Assembly (NCBI RefSeq): GCF_024521635.1
Contig: NW_026250405.1
Span: 1,426,001-1,490,000, forward strand
DNA: 64,000 nucleotides
From: Tricharina praecox
Taxonomy: Eukaryota
Direction of reading: 5' to 3'
In this document: positions 61,527-64,000 of the stretch, in pieces
Numbering within the stretch: position 1 is the first letter of the stretch
Layout of the letters: the number at the start of each line of letters is the position of its first letter
Translations under genes and position numbers: made by a program
The notes under the pieces: model-generated
Seen by the model: only the letters and a program-made list of their open reading frames with translations
What the model was told of the DNA's origin: nothing
The model's database searches: none

Positions 61527-62746
61527 ATGTTCCTCCGTCGTATCCCCTCCACCATCTTCGGCATCATCACCAGAAGCAGACTGTCGAGAACGATCATGTC
61601 CGAATCACCAGCAAAGCGTCTCAAGACCAGCCCGCGCAAAATTGGCACCCACAAGTAAGCAATTGCATCAGAGGCGATGGATGATACGCCGCTAATCGGT
61701 TGCTCCCCGCAGTGGCCACTTCCACGTACGCCCGCCACCCCCTCCGTGTCCAATTGCGTCCCATTGATGCCTGGTGGCTGATATCGGTGCTGCTACTATA
61801 GGCGGACGAGGCCCTAGCCGTGTACATCCTCCGCCTCCTTCCCGAATACCAAGACGCTAGCCTCCTCCGCTCGCGCGATCCTGCGGCCCTCGAAGAGTGC
61901 GACATAATCGTTGACGTCTCGGGCGTGTATGATGGTACGAAGCACTTCGACCACCACCAGCGCACCTTCGCCGAGACCTTCTCCGCCGAGTACAAGACGA
62001 AGCTGTCCTCTGCCGGTCTGATCTACAAGCACTTCGCACCCGCCCTGATCTCTCTGCGACTGAACCAGCCAGTCTCGCACCCGTCGGTAGAGCTGCTGTA
62101 CCAAAAGGTGTACAAGGAGTTTATTGAAGCGCTGGACGCAAACGACAACGGCATCAACGCCTACCCGGCGGATGTTGCGCCCGCGTTCAACACTGGCGGG
62201 ATAACGCTCCCCTCCATGGTCGGTGCGCTGAACCCGAACTGGAACACCCCCGTCGACCAGGCGGGCGAGGACGCGCTGTTCCTGCAGGCGTCCAAGCTGA
62301 TGGGCGAGACGTTCGCGCGCAAGCTGGACTACTACATCTCTGCGTGGCTGCCGGCCCGCGACTTCGTGGTCGATGCGATCAATAAGCGGTTTGAGCACGA
62401 CAAGGACGGACGCATCCTCGTGTTTGCCAGCTCGATCCCGTGGAAGGATCATCTCTTCACCCTCGAGAAGGAATTGGGTATCACCGAGGAGGGGAACAAA
62501 CCGTTGTATGTTCTCTACAGCGAGGGCAGTAAGCCGGGCTGGAGAATCCAGTGTGTGCCCGTTTCCAAGGATAGCTTCGAGAGCCGTAAGCCGCTGCCGG
62601 ATGTGTGGCGCGGCGTCCGCGATGATGCTCTCAGCGAGGTCTCGGGCATTCCGGGAGGAGTGTTCGTTCACGCCAGTGGCTTCATCGGCGGGAACAAGAC
62701 TTTCGATGGCGCGTTGGAGATGGCAAAGAAGGCGTTGGTCATGTAA
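61527..62746 (+). CDS. MYG1: MYG1 (UPF0160) metal-dependent hydrolase/exonuclease, 3 exons; second in-frame ATG at 61596
   Basis: Exons ending 61654, then 61713-61725 and 61802-62746. Motifs: IGTHNGHFHADEALA, RSRD, FDHHQRTF, KLSSAGLIYKHF, DANDNG and FVHASGFIGG. Confidence 0.93.
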
Positions 62747-62914
62747 TCTTCTGTTCTCTATCATACCTAGCTAAAAGCCTGAGGCTTGCTTCATTTCACG
62801 TGCACCTTGCCTACTCTACCCCTGTCCCTGCCACGCAACTTAAACCCCCCCAAGTTCCAACCCCACGTGCAACCCCACCATTCTCTACAACGACCGTGAC
62901 AAGTTGCCAACACG

Positions 62915-63660
62915 ATGGCCACCACCACCACCGTGCCAAAAAACCTCTACCACAAACGTCACGTCGCCGACGCCGCCGCAAAGCAGTGCGACATCTGCTA
63001 CCGCCCCAGCACGTGCGTGCTCATCACGCCGGACCAGAATGTACCCCCCACTCCCCATTCCACCCCCGACCGCGACCCTCTCAGCAATCGCACGCACGCG
63101 CGCTAAGACTTGGAGGTTCCTATGTAGGACTGGTTCTATATATGTCCAGGCCACCTGAAAGATCGTGGGTTCTGTAGTCCGGCGGGGGAGGAGAGGAAGG
63201 TGAAGGCGAAGGTGGAGGCGGAGGGCCAGGGCGGGGAGGGCGACGCGGAGAAGGAGAAGAGGGAGAAGCTGGAGAAGGAGAAGGAGGAGATTAGGTTACA
63301 GGTCATTAGGGAGTACGAGGAGAAGTTGGCGAAGAAGGGGAAGGAGAAGGGGAAGGATAAAGACAAGAAGGAGGAGGATAAGAAGGAGGGGGATAAGAAG
63401 GAGGATAAGAAAGACGGGAAGGATAAGGATAAGGAGGAGGACGAAAAGAAGGAGGAGGAGGAGCCGCGGATCTTTGTTTTGCACAAGTACTCCCTCCCCT
63501 CATGCTGCTGTTGGTGGTGGTAGTTGCTGACGATGGCTGTCGCAGGAAAATATTTGATCGCCGCGTCCTCCTTAAGCGGCAGGCAATCGCTGCGAAGCGG
63601 AATCTGGAGAGGATGAAGAATCCCGGATTCTGGCCGAGTGTTCCCAGCGGGCTGCCATAG
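62915..63660 (+). CDS. VFA1: Vps4-associated protein Vfa1 family (DUF1742), 3 exons
   Basis: Exons 62915-63040, 63128-63486 and 63546-63660. Motifs: N.Y.KRHVA, CDICYRPST.VL, DWFYICPGHLKDRGF, a K/E-rich linker, PRIFVLH and PSVP. Confidence 0.85.
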
Positions 63661-63761
63661 CCTTTCATACAATTCAATTCCTCATGATATAGATATTCTA
63701 TTACACAATGCACAATACACAATACACAATACACAATACACGCGCAAAAAACAGTCTATGT

Positions 63762-64000
63762 TTACAACTTCGCCTTCGGCAGCTTCGCCATCTCCTCAGC
63801 GACAATGCGTCTCTGAATCTTCCCGGTGGCCGTCTTGGGCATGTGCTCAGTAAAGAACCACTGAGTGGGGATCTTGAACTTTGAGAGCTTCTCTGAGACG
63901 AAGGTCTTCAGTTCCGCGGCGCTGGCGTTCTGTCCCGGCTTAAGAACCACTGCCGCAGCGACCTCCTGGCCATACATCTCACTCTCGATAGCGAAGCTGA
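63762..64000 (-). CDS. PCS60: 3' end of peroxisomal AMP-binding acyl-CoA ligase (Pcs60 / oxalate-CoA ligase-like)
   Basis: YGQEVAAAVV, FKIP and MPKTATGKIQRR motifs; C-terminal AKL (PTS1). The gene continues beyond the window. Confidence 0.8.
   Translation of the reverse strand, partial: SFAIESEMYGQEVAAAVVLKPGQNASAAELKTFVSEKLSKFKIPTQWFFTEHMPKTATGKIQRRIVAEEMAKLPKAKL

Noticed and set aside
7399..64000. Functional cluster of organelle-contact genes (MDM34, ICE2, PTC5, PCS60, VFA1) or ribosome-related genes (SFM1, RPS10, MYG1)
   Set aside because: The genes are far apart and interspersed with unrelated loci; no evidence beyond chance neighbourhood

Overview
Eukaryotic genomic DNA from a filamentous ascomycete. 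It has short GT-AG introns with CTRAC/CTAAC branch sites, a typical fungal housekeeping gene set and microsatellite-rich intergenic DNA. The style suggests Pezizomycetes/Pyronemataceae, but that is inference only. Manual splicing gives these recognisable genes: SFM1, MDM34, an AIM19-like gene, a SIW14-family phosphatase, endosulfine IGO1, RPS10, PTC5-type PP2C, a secreted 8-exon glycerophosphodiesterase, annexin, ICE2, MYG1, VFA1 and the 3' end of a PCS60-like peroxisomal acyl-CoA ligase. There are also orphan-looking F-box, RING, lipid-anchor-motif and zinc-finger microprotein genes. The region ~11.9-18.1 kb is a mobile-element graveyard: a gag-like relic, a possible Harbinger relic and a TA-flanked MITE with 28-bp TIRs. 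The most notable hidden structure is a family of very short A-tailed inserts sharing a CCATxxTCTAGAT...GCATGC core. It has four copies (~14.07, 15.76, 16.07 and 48.73 kb), each flanked by direct repeats resembling target-site duplications, and two of them sit at almost the same position of a tandemly duplicated target. No tRNA, rRNA or CRISPR could be supported. All gene names come from motif recognition; no database search was run.
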